A DNA stretch of 63,701 bases, filler included, from Collodictyon triciliatum (GCA_043381765.1; 20 parts of 20 records of this genome joined end to end with filler, not necessarily neighbours in it); one strand, 5' to 3'. Positions 26,224 through 39,459 are shown, numbered from the whole stretch's first letter. Notes: generated by a model not told the origin, from the sequence alone. Numbers and translations: made by a program.

Positions 26224-28227
26224 ATGCAGGACTCCAAAGCACCCAAGAGGATTCGAAAAAGTCCATCTCTGATTATTAGAGCTCTGCAAAGAATTATAAA
26301 GATAAAAACGAAATATGTCGACTTTAGTATCCTTGTAATGCAAACATACACAATTTTTTAATTGGAACATATTATCATGAATATTAATTAATTTTTATCG
26401 AGTATTGATATTTTTTTCCCAAATGTTGTCTGAGTTAACAAGGGTATATAATTGCACTTTTATTATTATAAGGAGGATATTGGAAGTTTACTATCACCAT
26501 TGCTCCACGTGTTTTCTGGGGTACTTGCAATGATTTCTATGACAGAGGGAATTTCACGAGCATCACAAAGTCAGATGTATGAAAAAATTGTTTGGGGGTT
26601 TTTTTTTTCACTTAATCATGCCAAAACGCAAAGATAAAGATTGGAGCTTTGTCTCCAGAAGAACGATTCCATATAAATTTGAATTCACGAAATTGATTTT
26701 GAATACTATAGACTCGCTATACAAGGCATCCTTATGGTTATATCTATACCAGAGATGATTTACAGAATGGTTCTACACGAAAAATATAAAAGTCTCCTTC
26801 GTAAGTCTTTATGAGAATTTCTAGAAATCGCAATATTTTATTCTCAAAATGCCTGGAGTAANNNNNNNNNNNNNNNNNNNNNNNNNNNNNNNNNNNNNNN
26901 NNNNNNNNNNNNNNNNNNNNNNNNNNNNNNNNNNNNNNNNNNNNNNNNNNNNNNNNNNNNNNNNNNNNNNNNNNNNNNNNNNNNNNNNNNNNNNNNNNNN
27001 NNNNNNNNNNNNNNNNNNNNNNNNNNTTTTTTTTTTTTTTTTTTTTTTTTTGAATTCAACGCCTTGACTTACTGGTATTATGTAGGAATTGAAAGATTTC
27101 TGGACATATTTAGCTTAATCATATACATGATGTCTGTAGTATATGACGAGGTACTGTGATTGCATAGTATTATTAGGTGCTTCTTTACCATTCATTTTTA
27201 TTTTAGCGTCATGTCACTTCATAATCTAATAATTTCCGACAAAAGACGTACCAAGGCCTTCTATCCGTTCGAATTTTTTGGTTCTTCCACATTCTATACA
27301 TTTATCCGCACTGGGAAATCAGCCAGGATTTCTTTGTATGTCAACATTGTCGATTTCATACACTTGTATCACTTAAGCGCACGCGCTCGTCCATATCATA
27401 ATTCTTAAGTTTAAGAATCCTCGATGTCTGGATTGTCCCTCACATATATAGATTGTGGATACTTAGCCATTCAAATAAATTTTTATAGGTTGTGGTAAAA
27501 ACACTATCATCATCTGTTGAATATCTGGTTTTAATCGGTGCCCTAGACATGTGTGTCGTTATATTCTTTTCCAGCATCATATGGTACTTAGAACGAGGAA
27601 GCTTAGAGGGTGGAGTATGGATGATGAACGGAGATAGGAGGTCCGTTGTTTTTTCCCTTCCAACTCTGGAGCGATTCAATGCTGGTTATTTGCTCCCATA
27701 TAAAGTATCACTCTACTGAACATCGATGAATGAGTGCTAACTCACCCATCTACATGTCCATTAGAATAACCAATTTGTTATTATAGCAAATTTCAATCAA
27801 TTCCTGAAAGTTTTTGGTGGACATCAGTATCCATGGCCACGGTTGGATACGGTTTGTCGCCAGTCTACAAAATCTAATCGATACCTACAATCTATTCTCA
27901 CAAAGGTCAAACGAAATGCACACAGGTGACATCGCACCGGTCACGACTGGAGGGCGGATATTTGCTGGATTCGTCATTTGCACGGGGATGCTTGTAACCT
28001 ATTTTCTCAAAAAAAGAAACACAATATATGAACATACCCGGTGCCATCACATTTTAAATTTTTTAAGGGAAAAAAACTTGATACTCACAACAAATAGTAA
28101 ACTGACGTATTGAATGAAAAAATATCAACAGGGCATCGCTTTTCCTGTTGCCGTCCTATCATCCAACTTTTCTTTGATAAAGAAGCACCAAAAACGTGTC
28201 AGGAATGAAGATACCAAGGAAAAATAG
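26224..28227 (+). CDS. 6TM Kv/Shaker-fold potassium channel, multi-exon
   Basis: S2 PEMIYR; S3 RFLDIFSLI; S4 GLLSVRIFWFFHILY; S5 VIFFSSIIWYLERG; pore [35 protein letters not shown]; S6 GIAFPVAVLSSNF. Confidence 0.9.
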
Positions 28228-29065
28228 ATAATCAATACTTCAATACATCGAGAATGAGGAAAAGAAAAATCAAACCAACGCAAAACACTGTGTTTCTGCA
28301 TTCAATTTCTCTTTCTGGGGTGTTTGGACGAAGAGTTCTGCTGAATGAAAAATAAACGATTATGAGAATACCTTACTTTTAACTGTATTCTTTTTTTTAT
28401 TTTATTTATTCGAAGAGCACATGAGGAGAGGTAACTAAAAATTACGTGAAAACTAGTAAATCTAGAGGAAATACAAGACCGGAAGAGAAAGATGCGCTAG
28501 TTCGAAGAAGGGAACATGTCAACAATTGGTCATTTATTTCACTTCAGAACAAACTTGGCGTCAGTCCAGATATGTTGAAACCATTTTAGCAGCTAATCGG
28601 GTAAGTGCATCGGGTGTGGATATAACGGGGGATAGGAAAGCAAAGCATAATGAAAGTAAGAAAAAAGCAAATAAAGAGTATACATACCATACATGGATCA
28701 TTAATTGCGTCACAACTCTGTTTAAAAAAGCACACCAAAACCTCATCGCAGCACTTGTTAAACGTCACCCGCCTAAACACGTAGCAAAGCATTGGCCAGG
28801 CTTTGTATGATTCTTGCTGCTCTTAGCCCAGCGTGTTGCATAATGCCGTGGCCGGTTCTTTTCTTCGTCCCGTCCAAAAGAATCCCTTCAGCATAGCTGT
28901 CATAGTTATTCCTTGAACAAAGTCATCTCGTCTGCCATTTTTTCGCCATTTTTTTTTTCTGCGATCTTCTGACAACCCCCAGCAAGAATAATAATCTCTA
29001 ATGGAGCCTTCGACTATGATCCAATAATAATAAAGCATGAAGCGTCAGATAATATTGGTGGTCAA

Positions 29066-29367
29066 AACCAAAACATAAAAACATAAAAACATAAAAACAT
29101 AAAAACATAAAAACATAAAAACATAAAAACATAAAAACATAAAAACATAAAAACATAAAAACATAAAAACANNNNNNNNNNNNNNNNNNNNNNNNNNNNN
29201 NNNNNNNNNNNNNNNTTAATTAATTAANNNNNNNNNNNNNNNNNNNNNNNNNNNNNNNNNNNNNNNNNNNNTCTTTTCTTTTCTTTTCTTTTCTTTTCTT
29301 TTCTTTTCTTTTCTTTTCTTTTCTTTTCTTTTCTTTTCTTTTCTTTTCTTTTCTTTTCTTTTCTTTT
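29066..29367. repeat. (AAAAACAT)n and (TTTTC)n arrays flanking a spacer
   Basis: Direct reading. Confidence 0.95.
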
Positions 29368-30088
29368 TCATCATTCCTTGATACTACACTCTGAGGTGAG
29401 CAGTGTGTCCGTGGACTTCTGTATCGGTAGAAATTATGATTTCTTACATAATAACGAAAGATATAAGCGCCAACACATTCTTTCTTCGGATTTATAGACC
29501 ACCAACGAGGACACACCAACCTTGTGCGCCCATGATTTAATTTCCACATGAAGTGGTTCTAGAGGATGGAAGCTTCTAGAAGATTCTCTATATTTATGGA
29601 ATTTATAATAATATAAATATATAATAATTATTTTCAATTTTAAATGACTACAAGCCAAAAAATATGATAACATATGTATAATATATCGTCCAATACAACG
29701 CATGCCCTTTTTTGTGATACCACATCTAGAACTTACACAGCATAGGCATAAGTGACAGGACTCGAAACTTAGATCGTAGTGGGTTGCCTAATTCCCAACA
29801 TCTGCTTCCCAAAAGGCTTTTGTTTGCCGCGTGATCGGATCACCCACCCAAAAGTTGACGCAGAACACGCCGCAGCTAAGAGTGCCGTGTGCCAAACTGA
29901 TGCCGTAGCCTCTGGAGACATAAGCACATGCGCAAAGATATCTTTTTCTTTTACTTTTTCTTTTTCTTTTTCTCTTTTTTTTTGTTTTTTTTTCCCTGTG
30001 TCCTCTTCTCTTTCCTCATGACAACGTCACCAGCGAGCCGTAGGTAAGAAACAGCCGATAACCGAACACCCCACACACCTCCACAGAA

Positions 30089-32053
30089 ATGTCAGACTTC
30101 ACAGATGAAGAGGTGGCTGATATTCGCCTGACGCAATACATCACCTGCTCAACGGCTCTCTTTGCATCGGCATGTGTGGTTGTTTCGCATTGGCGGGATA
30201 AAGAGAACACTGCATTTACGCTGAAGCTGACGTACTATCTCTGCCTTTCGGACTTGTTCACAGAGATATCTGCGCTTCTATCGATGCCCTTTCTGGACAG
30301 TCTTTCAGGTGATATCGAGGATCTTCATCCAATTATCTGTCAACTGCAAGGTAGATTTTATTGTCAATCATTTCCCTCTCTGTCATAGTCCTCAAGAATT
30401 TTCATATATCTCGGTGGACTTTGTGTTCATATATGCAATTACTGAAGCAGCATTTATGTTTGGAGTTTGAAATTTATCTTTGACCAAAGGAATCTCTGCT
30501 CACAATAACACTTCAATAAACCAAAGAGGAAACAAATATATAATTGATTGTTTTATGAATTAAATTATAATTATTAACGAGGAATTTGCTTATTTGCTCT
30601 AAATTTGTAATGTTTCTCTATCCATTTATTTATTTATTTAAGCTTCTGGAACATATTACTTCAAGATATGCTCATGTTTCTGGACAATGTCGATAGCATA
30701 CACTTGCTACCGATTGATTAACCATTTTGACACCACTGTAATTGCATAATTGTAACTCTACTCTCTAATTTACATCTCAGAAACTCTATGGATCTTTTAA
30801 ATTATCCTCTTATTTTTTTTCGAGATATATCATTTCAAAAAAAATTACTCTCGTCAATAGAACTGAATGTGCCAACATTTATTTCTTTCAAACTCAATAG
30901 AAAAAATTCACGTCTCAATTTTCATTTACTAATCTATTCAAATATAGTGCCAACGCTTTGAGAAGCATTTCCATATCATTAATTGGGGGTTTCCTCTCAT
31001 TCTTACTCTGGCGATGTTTTCTCTTGATGCATTTGGTCCTGTTGTTCCTTTGTAATACTCTCATCGCGACCATATTCACATATAAAATTTTAATTCTGTT
31101 ATTGAAATTTCATTTACTTATAGACTGCATTCTCAAAGTCATATTGCCCATATTCCTAAAAATATTTTAATTTTAACGCACTTTCGTTCCTTAAAGTCAT
31201 ATTTCATTATCGAAATTATTTTTATTCACGATTAATTTCTGTTAGTTGTTTCATTGATGAGGAGCACTCCTCCCTAAGGTTCCCTATGTTCTACGCTGTG
31301 ATATTTTCTATAGTGCTTGTCGATGTTTACTTCTACATACTTGTGATTAAAGGAATTCATCAGCATGTTGACGTAATAATTACTTTCCATCACAGATGAT
31401 GCCTTTACATAATACTGCTTGGGCTCTTCCTAACTTCAAAATTTATTTATTTATGAGATATCTTGGTAGTATGTATTTTATTGAAGTCAAAATTTGATTA
31501 GGAATCGAAAGAATATTTGCAATTGAAGGAAGACAGATACCATAGTTTTGAGGCAAAAGTTAGCAAACGCATCGCCCACACAGTTCTCGTTTTTATCGTA
31601 ACTTGGGCGATGCCGATGGCTAATAGAATTTACATATTTTTTGATCCGTCCCCAAATGTAAGCTTTCTTAATCAACAAAAAAGAAACATAAGAAAAAAGG
31701 AAATAATGAAAGCAAATGAAAGCTTCAGCTTTGGTTAGTACAGACAAACTCGTTATTTTACGTATCTTTCCACATCAGTTCTGGCTCTACTGGTGTCACT
31801 TTTTCTTCGGGCCACTAGAGGGATTTTGGAATGGTATTATTTATGGAGATAATAAGCGCATACGAAGGAAACTTGGGTAAAAAAAATAAATTCATATTGA
31901 TTTTAAAATTATCTCCATTACAGTATATTTATAACATGAACCAATACAGAACAACAGCCCCCGCCCTCATATTTGAATAAGTTAATATGTTTCCAAACAA
32001 CATCATATTACTCTATTAGACTTTCTGCTGCTTCTATGGAGGAGCGACATTAA
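30089..32053 (+). CDS. cAMP-receptor-like (Dicty_CAR/GCR1/Git3-type) 7TM GPCR, multi-exon
   Basis: LTYYLCLSDL, ICQLQASGTYYFKICSCFWTMSIAY, FEKHFHIINWGFPLIL, CFI, VLVFIVTWAMPMANRIY, GPLEGFWNGIIYG. Stop at 31880, or at 32053 after a last intron. Confidence 0.9.
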
Positions 32054-32521
32054 TTCTACCATCGCCTCTGACGGCCAAGTCACAAACTATTTCGCATAAA
32101 GCAAATAAAGTTGTATAATTTATTTTTATTAGTGATAATAAATCCATGCGTGAAGTGACTCAGCAACGGCCAAAAATATCGATCACATTTTTCCCTTTTT
32201 TATATTTTTTTCCTTTCAGATCCGAATAATAACAAAAATAAAACAATATAATTGAGTCGAAATATCAACACTAATGAGTGTGTTCTTGTGGTACATGAGG
32301 CCTCAAAAATATAATAATTGATATGATCCATGTATTTCAAGCAGAACCACTGTACTATGCATTATATTTGTGGTGATTGGGTTAAAAAAAAAAAAAACAG
32401 GGGATATCATAAATTAGTTTGNNNNNNNNNNNNNNNNNNNNNNNNNNNNNNNNNNNNNNNNNNNNTTAATTAATTAANNNNNNNNNNNNNNNNNNNNNNN
32501 NNNNNNNNNNNNNNNNNNNNN

Positions 32522-32708
32522 TCTTTTCTTATTCTTTTCTTATTCTTTTCTTATTCTTTTCTTATTCTTTTCTTATTCTTTTCTTATTCTTTTCTTATTC
32601 TTTTCTTATTCTTTTCTTTTTCTTTTCTTTTCTTTTTCTTTTTCTTTTCTTATTCTTTTCTTATTCTTTTCTTTTTCTTTTCTTTTCTTTTCTTTTCTTT
32701 TCTTTTTT
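32522..32708. repeat. 11-mer (TTCTTTTCTTA)n array
   Basis: Direct reading. Confidence 0.9.
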
Positions 32709-32728
32709 ATAATATGCTATCTCTTTAG

Positions 32729-34070
32729 AGTATTATTGCGCACCTTCATATAGGTAGTAGATTTTTCAACAGAGGTTCTGGTCAACGTGTAAGAAGCTAA
32801 ATACCATTTGAATTGCACATATTTTCGGCTTCTGTTTTCAATTTATGTAAAGCTCTCAAATCCTAGCTCTCGCAACATGATGAATGTGAACATATACGAC
32901 ATTGACGATAACGTAGTAGCTGTTATGGGAGGAAAGTATTATCTTATAATAAGACATTATTTTGAGACATTCTCCTGTTTTCTCTTTCTTTTTCTTTCTT
33001 TGCATTGTTCAATAAGGGGTATGCTGGACAGTATTTCATTATTATTATTTTTTTGTAAAATGCAATTTTTACATCAATTTTAAATAGAATTTCTATTTAC
33101 TTCTTGGGTATGATTCTGTCTCGCAGGAATGGGATGGTGCGATTCGAGACGGGATTTGGGGGTGACTATAATATATGTTTTAAACTCAAGAAGCCCAGGA
33201 AAAAGCAATCTCCCGGAGACGTTGTGAGTTCTCCATTTAAATCTTAAATATTTCGACTATCCTCTGGCTTGATTTTCCTTCTTATTATTAGTAGTGTGGA
33301 ACTCAAATTGGTATTCATAATTTAAATGAATTACGAATCTCTTTGTAACTCTTGATATTTTCACCTTTTCCTGAACTTCACCATTGTATTAAATAAATTC
33401 CGATACTAGAAAGTTCAATTTGCAATCAAGCACAGTACCATACCGATAGAAATGGATGAATCGCCGACCCTGTTTAATCTAACTGGTTTTTTCTCTTCTA
33501 TTGCGAAATATTTTATCCACGAATAACATTCCTGTCCGTAATTATTATTTTATATGTATTTTATATGTATTTTATATGTATTTTATATGTATTTTATATG
33601 TATTTTATATGTATTTTATATGTATTTTATATGTATTTTATAAACTTATTCTGGTCTTCACCATCCTGCACAAAATTGAAAGGAAGAATAAAAAAAAATC
33701 AACTTATTCTGGTCTTGCTATTTGATTGATTCATGTCAGAAACCGAAAACCGAGTGAAAAATCTGTATCGACGCGCTCTTATGTTACAGACGGAGCAAGA
33801 CCAAATGCATGTAAATATTTCCTATTTATTATAGATTCAGCAGTTCGCATCAATTATTTAATCCATCTCATTAAACCATACGTACGTGACTTATCACTTT
33901 TGTCAAAATTCAGCTGGAGGAAATCACATTTCATGAAATCAGTGAAGAAATCAGCGGGAAAATATTTGTTTTTTGTGTGTGTCAGGTTGGGATTCTTCTC
34001 GCAATCGGATTGATTCAACTACGATATACGACGCAATATTTAAGGCTGAAGAAAGTGATATGATATGGAT
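32729..34070 (+). CDS. Unidentified multi-exon gene fragment
   Basis: Series of short AG...GT-bounded blocks (e.g. SIIAHLHIGSRFFNRGSGQR; LSNPSSRNMMNVNIYDIDDNVVAVMGG). The phases could not be reconciled fully. Confidence 0.35.
33546..33642. repeat. 11-mer (TATTTTATATG)n array
   Basis: Direct reading. Confidence 0.95.
33643..33716 (+). mobile_element. 42-bp family-A micro-insertion with perfect 16-bp TSD
   Basis: AACTTATTCTGGTCTT (33643-33658, 33701-33716) flanks CACCATCCTGCACAAAATTGAAAGGAAGAATAAAAAAAAATC. The first 30 nt are identical to the 3' UTR of the copy at 35860-36270. Confidence 0.88.
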
Positions 34071-34107
34071 TTTGTCTGTAATTCATAAATAATACCAATA
34101 AAAACGT

Positions 34108-34765
34108 GATTTTATATTCTTTCTTTCAATTTTTGCGAGATGATGGAGGCTTTGGCTTTGATTCTCTAGCCATCGTTTGCATGGACGCTACTTGGTGGCT
34201 GGTTGGCAGAGAAGTAGTCGATAATCAGGAATTGCATCCTGTAATTTGACCTGTAGCCTGGGTCTTGTGCTTGCATGAGAGAGACAAGGCGAGGTTTAAT
34301 ATCTTTCTCAGCCTCTTTCCACATGTCTCTTCTCACAGGGTCTGAGTAGTAGAGAGCGTGCAGGTGGCGAAGGAAGCTGTTGAGAAAAGAGAATTGTATG
34401 ATGTCATTCAGCCTGTTATCAGGAATGGGTGGCTGGTTGTTGAGTCTTGCTTTGCGTGAGTATATGCGTGCTATCCACATAGTCCATAGCAAATGGCCTC
34501 GCGTCACTGCCCAGAATGTTTTTGCATCTGGACGCAGCTGTTGCAGAGAGCTCCGAATAACGCCTGGATTGAGCCAACAGCCGCAGCCGTCTTGGGTGTC
34601 AGTCGGAGAATCTCGCCGGCTGTTTCGCGCAGGTTTTGAGCGAAGGGACTTGCACAAATGTGTGCTCAATGGATTCATCGCCGTTGCTGCAAAGTGTGCA
34701 TTGTTGGGAGACCTTGCCAGCTCTTGCCGCAGGTGCAAGAAGTACTCTCTTGTTATTCCATCTTG
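34108..34765 (-). mobile_element. Degraded 3' end of L1/Tx1-like non-LTR retrotransposon, family A
   Basis: zf-RVT-like CTLCSNGDESIEHTFVQ, then frameshifts, then LLWTMWIARI (L1-type WxxWxxR) to a stop at 34166, followed by an A-rich 3' tail. Homologous to 35860-36270. Confidence 0.8.
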
Positions 34766-35496
34766 AAGCAAGATAAACAAAATAGACAGCTGGGTCATTC
34801 TTACAAGGCTCAAACCAATGTTTTTGCCGATTCGCAACCGCAAAATCACTCCTTTTTTTTTTTTTTTTACGCCAAAACAATGTATTAAAATTAGCTGCGT
34901 GTTAATTCAGCTTTGTTCAAAAGGTTGGCGCTTGGCAATCGTAGCACTGAGGCGGTCACTGATGCAAGTCCGGCGTATTGTGAAGCAGAATAACACACAC
35001 GAACTCAGAGCGATGACAAAAACAAAAAAAAAAAAAAATGGGTGCGCCTGGTGTCAATATTTCTCACCACCATTCGCAATATATAACAGCACTATCAATA
35101 AGACTAATATCGCTGCTGTTATATATTGAGTGGCTTTGACATTAATATCATATTATCCACATATGGATATAATTTATAGTGAAATCATTTCTAATGTTAT
35201 CCATATTGGTGTGACACTTCATCTTGGCCAAGAAATCTCGCGCGCAAGAAGGATAAACCTGCATAGGGGCAAGCTTGAAGCATCAAGGAATATTTGCTTG
35301 GGATTCCGAGTTTCAAGCGCCCCCGCTCCTGTTGAGCTCGCCCTTGACAAAGAGATGAAGCTCCACATTACTGCGATCCGATCGCGCACAAAGTAAGCAT
35401 GCAATGCAACTATTCAGTTGTGTAATTGTATAATGCAAGAAACTCTCAGCGCGATAAAGTAAAAAAAATTTCTTTTTTCTTTTCTTTTTTCTTTTC

Positions 35497-35766
35497 TTTC
35501 TTCTTCTTCCTTCTTCCTTCTTCCTTCTTCCTTCTTCCTTCTTCCTTCTTCCTTCTTCCCTCTTCCTTCTTCCCTCTTCCTTCTTCCTTCTTCCTTCTTC
35601 CTTCTTCCTTCTTCCTTCTTCCTTCTTCCTTCTTCCTTCTTCCTTCTTCCTTCTTCCTTNNNNNNNNNNNNNNNNNNNNNNNNNNNNNNNNNNNNNNNNN
35701 NNNTTAATTAATTAANNNNNNNNNNNNNNNNNNNNNNNNNNNNNNNNNNNNNNNNNNNNTATTATG

Positions 35767-35850
<84 letters not shown>
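35497..35850. repeat. (CTTCTTC)n and (ATT)n arrays flanking a spacer
   Basis: Direct reading. Confidence 0.95.
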
Positions 35851-35854
<4 letters not shown>

Positions 35855-35859
35855 GAAGG

Positions 35860-36270
35860 GATTTGTTTTCTTCCTTTCAATTTTGTGCAGGATGGTGGAG
35901 ATGTTGGCTTTGGTTCGCTAGCCATCGTTTGCGTGGACGCTACTTGATGGCCGGGTGGCGGAGAAGTAGTGGGTAATCAGGCTACAGGCCAAAGCGCATG
36001 ATGCAATCCCTAAGTCTTTTGGTTGCGTGAGAGAGACAAGGCGAGGTTTAATCTCCTTCTCAGCTTCTTTCCACATGTCTCTTCTCACAGGGTCGGAGTA
36101 GTAGAAAACGTGCAGGTGGCGAAGGAAGCTGTTGAGGAAAGAGATTTGTATCATATCATCCAACCTATTATCAGGAATGGGTAGCTGGTTGTTGAGTCTT
36201 GCTTTGCGTGAGTATATGCGCGCTATCCACATAGTCCATAGCAACTGGCCTCGCGTCATTGCCCAGAGCA
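35860..36270 (-). mobile_element. 5'-truncated copy of LINE family A
   Basis: WAMTRGQLLWTMWIARIYSRKARLNNQ...SSVHANDG is nearly identical to the 34166-34849 ORF; same 3' UTR. Confidence 0.85.
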
Positions 36271-36891
36271 TTTTTATAAGAAATTACAGGAATCGGATTT
36301 GAATCATGGAGGAAACGCAGAAGAGCGCGCTTCTTCCCCCTTCCATCATCCAAGGACAAAATATTGATTTTGTTTTCTCGTTGCATGTATGTGTGCTTCT
36401 TATTATTTTTCTTTTTTTTTAAACAATGTAATCCACAGACAAATGCAGCAAAAGTGATATGCATCGCTGAATTATCTACATTCCATCATATATATTAGGA
36501 AAAACAAACAGATGAGCTCCTATTGTTTCTTTGCATTAGTTTATTACAAATATTAATTTCCTCCGATTGTAATCTTGAAAATTATCCAGATACTTCGCAA
36601 AGGGCAAACTTTCTTGTATTTGGGATCATAATTCTGCTTTGCAGAACTGAGACATGCAGTTGAATTTTCTAGTGTATATGATTTCAGCGTCAGTAAATAA
36701 ATAAATTAAAAATGTTACAATTCGCGTCTACATCAAATCAACTTTATTACCAAAAAAAAATTTAAACTTTATTATGTGTTCTTTAATTAAATAATTTATG
36801 TTGGATAGAATAAAGGTAATTAGAGAAATAAAAGATTTTATTCATTTATTCAATTTAAAGTAGAGGAATCAAAGTAAAAGAATATAATCAA

Positions 36892-36935
<44 letters not shown>

Positions 36936-36952
36936 AAAAAGAAAAAAAGAAA

Positions 36953-38270
36953 TCAAGCATTCACCTGACCTGACCATCTTCCATTTTGAACAATCACATC
37001 TACGCTCTGCAATCTCACACGACTTGAAGTGATGTCGATCAAGAGCCTTTTCAACTGCTCAGAGTCGACACAGTGGAACAAAGAGACAATATCTCCACCA
37101 TATCCGTCAAAGCGTGGTCCAAAAAAGTTGCACCAGCCTTCGTTCGAATACTCGCACAAGTATGAGCGTAGACAGACGATGCAGATGGGTATTGTAGAAG
37201 ATTCTAAAACCTGGGCGTTTAATGCCGAATGAGAATATAGATAAAAAGAATTAAATTCGTGGGAGATATAATTCTATTCGTGTTATCTCTACGGACATCA
37301 CAAAGAAATAAAAAAAAAATAAAAGAATTAGTTACAGATTTACAACCTGCTGGAAAAAGTGATTTTCTTTGGCTACGCTTTCTCCTATTTCAGCCAGCGC
37401 TTCGAGGTAACTCTTTTGAGGAATGATTGTTGAGCTCATGCATTTTTGGTCATCGAATGTGAGTCTAACAGAGTGCCACAGAGAAGGTATCCTGAAGAAA
37501 TTGATACATTTTGGTTTTATTTTCAAGATAACTATTTTATGTGAACTAGTCGAAACTGCATGTTTTGTATCGAATTCAATTATTATTTAAAAGAAGCGGC
37601 AAGTTTAGCCATCTTTTTTTTTATTTTTATCGATAATAAATATTGCGACACTAATCGCTATCCATAAATGTTCACGGGAGGAACAAAATTATGCGTGATA
37701 TATGCTTTACTTACACTTTCCCATCTTTTGTAAGATAGCTTTTTGGCAAAGTAAACTGTTGGTAATCACCCGACGCAATTTGTCGGACAACCCCCAAAGA
37801 AGGAGGAACGTCTTCTGGAAGGGTGAATGAATAAGCAGTGAACCCAGGTTTCATATCTTCGTGTGTGTAGCCAAAAAAGTTGCTAAACTGGAAAATGTGA
37901 CTTATGAGCAAATGTGTGCAATCATTCGCATTAAAGTAATAATTGATGTTAAAAAAAAAAAAGGCGAGAACAAAGAACAGCAAATGAAAGAGGGAAATAC
38001 AAAAAAGAACAGAAAGAAGATAACGTCCTTTGTGGTTCCTCTAAAGAATATATGGATGAGACCTCTTCGTTCATATCTATTATTGTCCCACATGCAGCAT
38101 TTCCTACAATCTGGTAGTTGGGCGACATTTTGAAAAGAATACATGCCCAATCATCACCCAATATCCTCTGAAGTGGAGGTTCATCTGCTTGTTTAAGACT
38201 GCGCCCGTTTGGTGGGATTGTTTGGATTTGTGGTATACAAGGCTAACACGGATATTATGAATGAAATGAG
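36953..38270 (-). CDS. Unidentified multi-exon gene (weak arrestin-N-like motif)
   Basis: GT-AG-bounded exons at ~37717-37887 (TAYSFTLPEDVPPSL), ~37347-37491 and ~36953-37211. Confidence 0.45.
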
Positions 38271-38514
38271 CACATGTACCTTCCCAAAATACTATGAATT
38301 ATATAGTAGAAAAATGCTAGGATTGAATTCATTGTTGAAATCATAAACTAAAATCTCTCAAAAATGAAACTTTAAATACAATAGAAGAATAATGGTTCTT
38401 AAACAACAACAAAAAATATGAATAGATGGAATTGGAGATATGAAATAATCATTTCATTAAAGTGAGAGAATAAGTGAATATAGTGTTACTAAATTGGGAT
38501 TTCGCGAATATACG

Positions 38515-38906
38515 GCAGCCTGGGTATCTTGCGTTGTTGTCGGTAATGGGTTTTCCATAAGGGTTCCTGGGCCCGAAGATGAAGGATGGTGTGATTGAGG
38601 TTGATGTTGTTGTGGGTGGCTGGGATAGGTATGGCTGTATGAGCAGTCTATTTGACCATGGGACGCCAGAGAAGAATCTGTGGACCAATGCAAGTTGCTT
38701 CGCTCTCCGCCAGAGTCTGCTGATGCTTTGCCGCTGGATGGACTTGGCCTGATTTTTGAATAGAGATAATGATGCTGTGTTTGTGTTGCCTGTTGGTGAC
38801 TTGAGTATCCCATGGGTAATTGCGGGCCTGGTTTTTTGGTGGTTTGGCTCGGTATCGGATGCATGCAGGTGTCATTACTGCTGGCAGCTACCTGTCGACT
38901 GCAAAC
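38515..38906 (-). mobile_element. Possible degenerate retroelement fragment
   Basis: C/A-rich intronless stretch reading ..TASLSLFKNQAKSIQRQSISRLWRRAKQ..; no diagnostic motif. Confidence 0.25.
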
Positions 38907-39006
38907 NNNNNNNNNNNNNNNNNNNNNNNNNNNNNNNNNNNNNNNNNNNNTTAATTAATTAANNNNNNNNNNNNNNNNNNNNNNNNNNNNNNNNNNNNNN
39001 NNNNNN

Positions 39007-39197
39007 TAATACACAAATAATACACAAATAATACACAAATAATACACAAATAATACACAAATAATACACAAATAATACACAAATAATACACAAATAATAC
39101 ACAAATAATACACAAATAATACACAAATAATACACAAATAATACACAAATAATACACAAATAATACACAAATAATACACAAAAATATACAAAAATAT
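39007..39197. repeat. 11-mer (TAATACACAAA)n array
   Basis: Direct reading. Confidence 0.95.
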
Positions 39198-39228
39198 ATA
39201 CATAAGTAACTACAATAATTACATACAA

Positions 39229-39426
39229 GACCTTAGAAAAATTGACTCGCGAAAGCAAAAGCTGGAATTAAAACCAAACTGCGACCAAATTCACAAAGAA
39301 GCAATTTTTTCTGAAGAGCCTCAAGAAAATGACATTTATACCAGCGCTGATGCAAAATCTAAAGGAGTTCATGGGAATGCCGATGGAAATCCTGTAAGAT
39401 CCCCGATCATTAAAAGGGATGAATAA
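39229..39426 (+). CDS. Probable last exon of an unknown gene
   Basis: Open frame LRKIDSRKQKLELKPNCDQIHKEAIFSEEPQEND...PIIKRDE-stop after an AAG acceptor. Confidence 0.35.
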   Translation, partial: DLRKIDSRKQKLELKPNCDQIHKEAIFSEEPQENDIYTSADAKSKGVHGNADGNPVRSPIIKRDE

Positions 39427-39459
39427 TTTTAGTATCAATATAGAAAACTTTAGCCTTAG

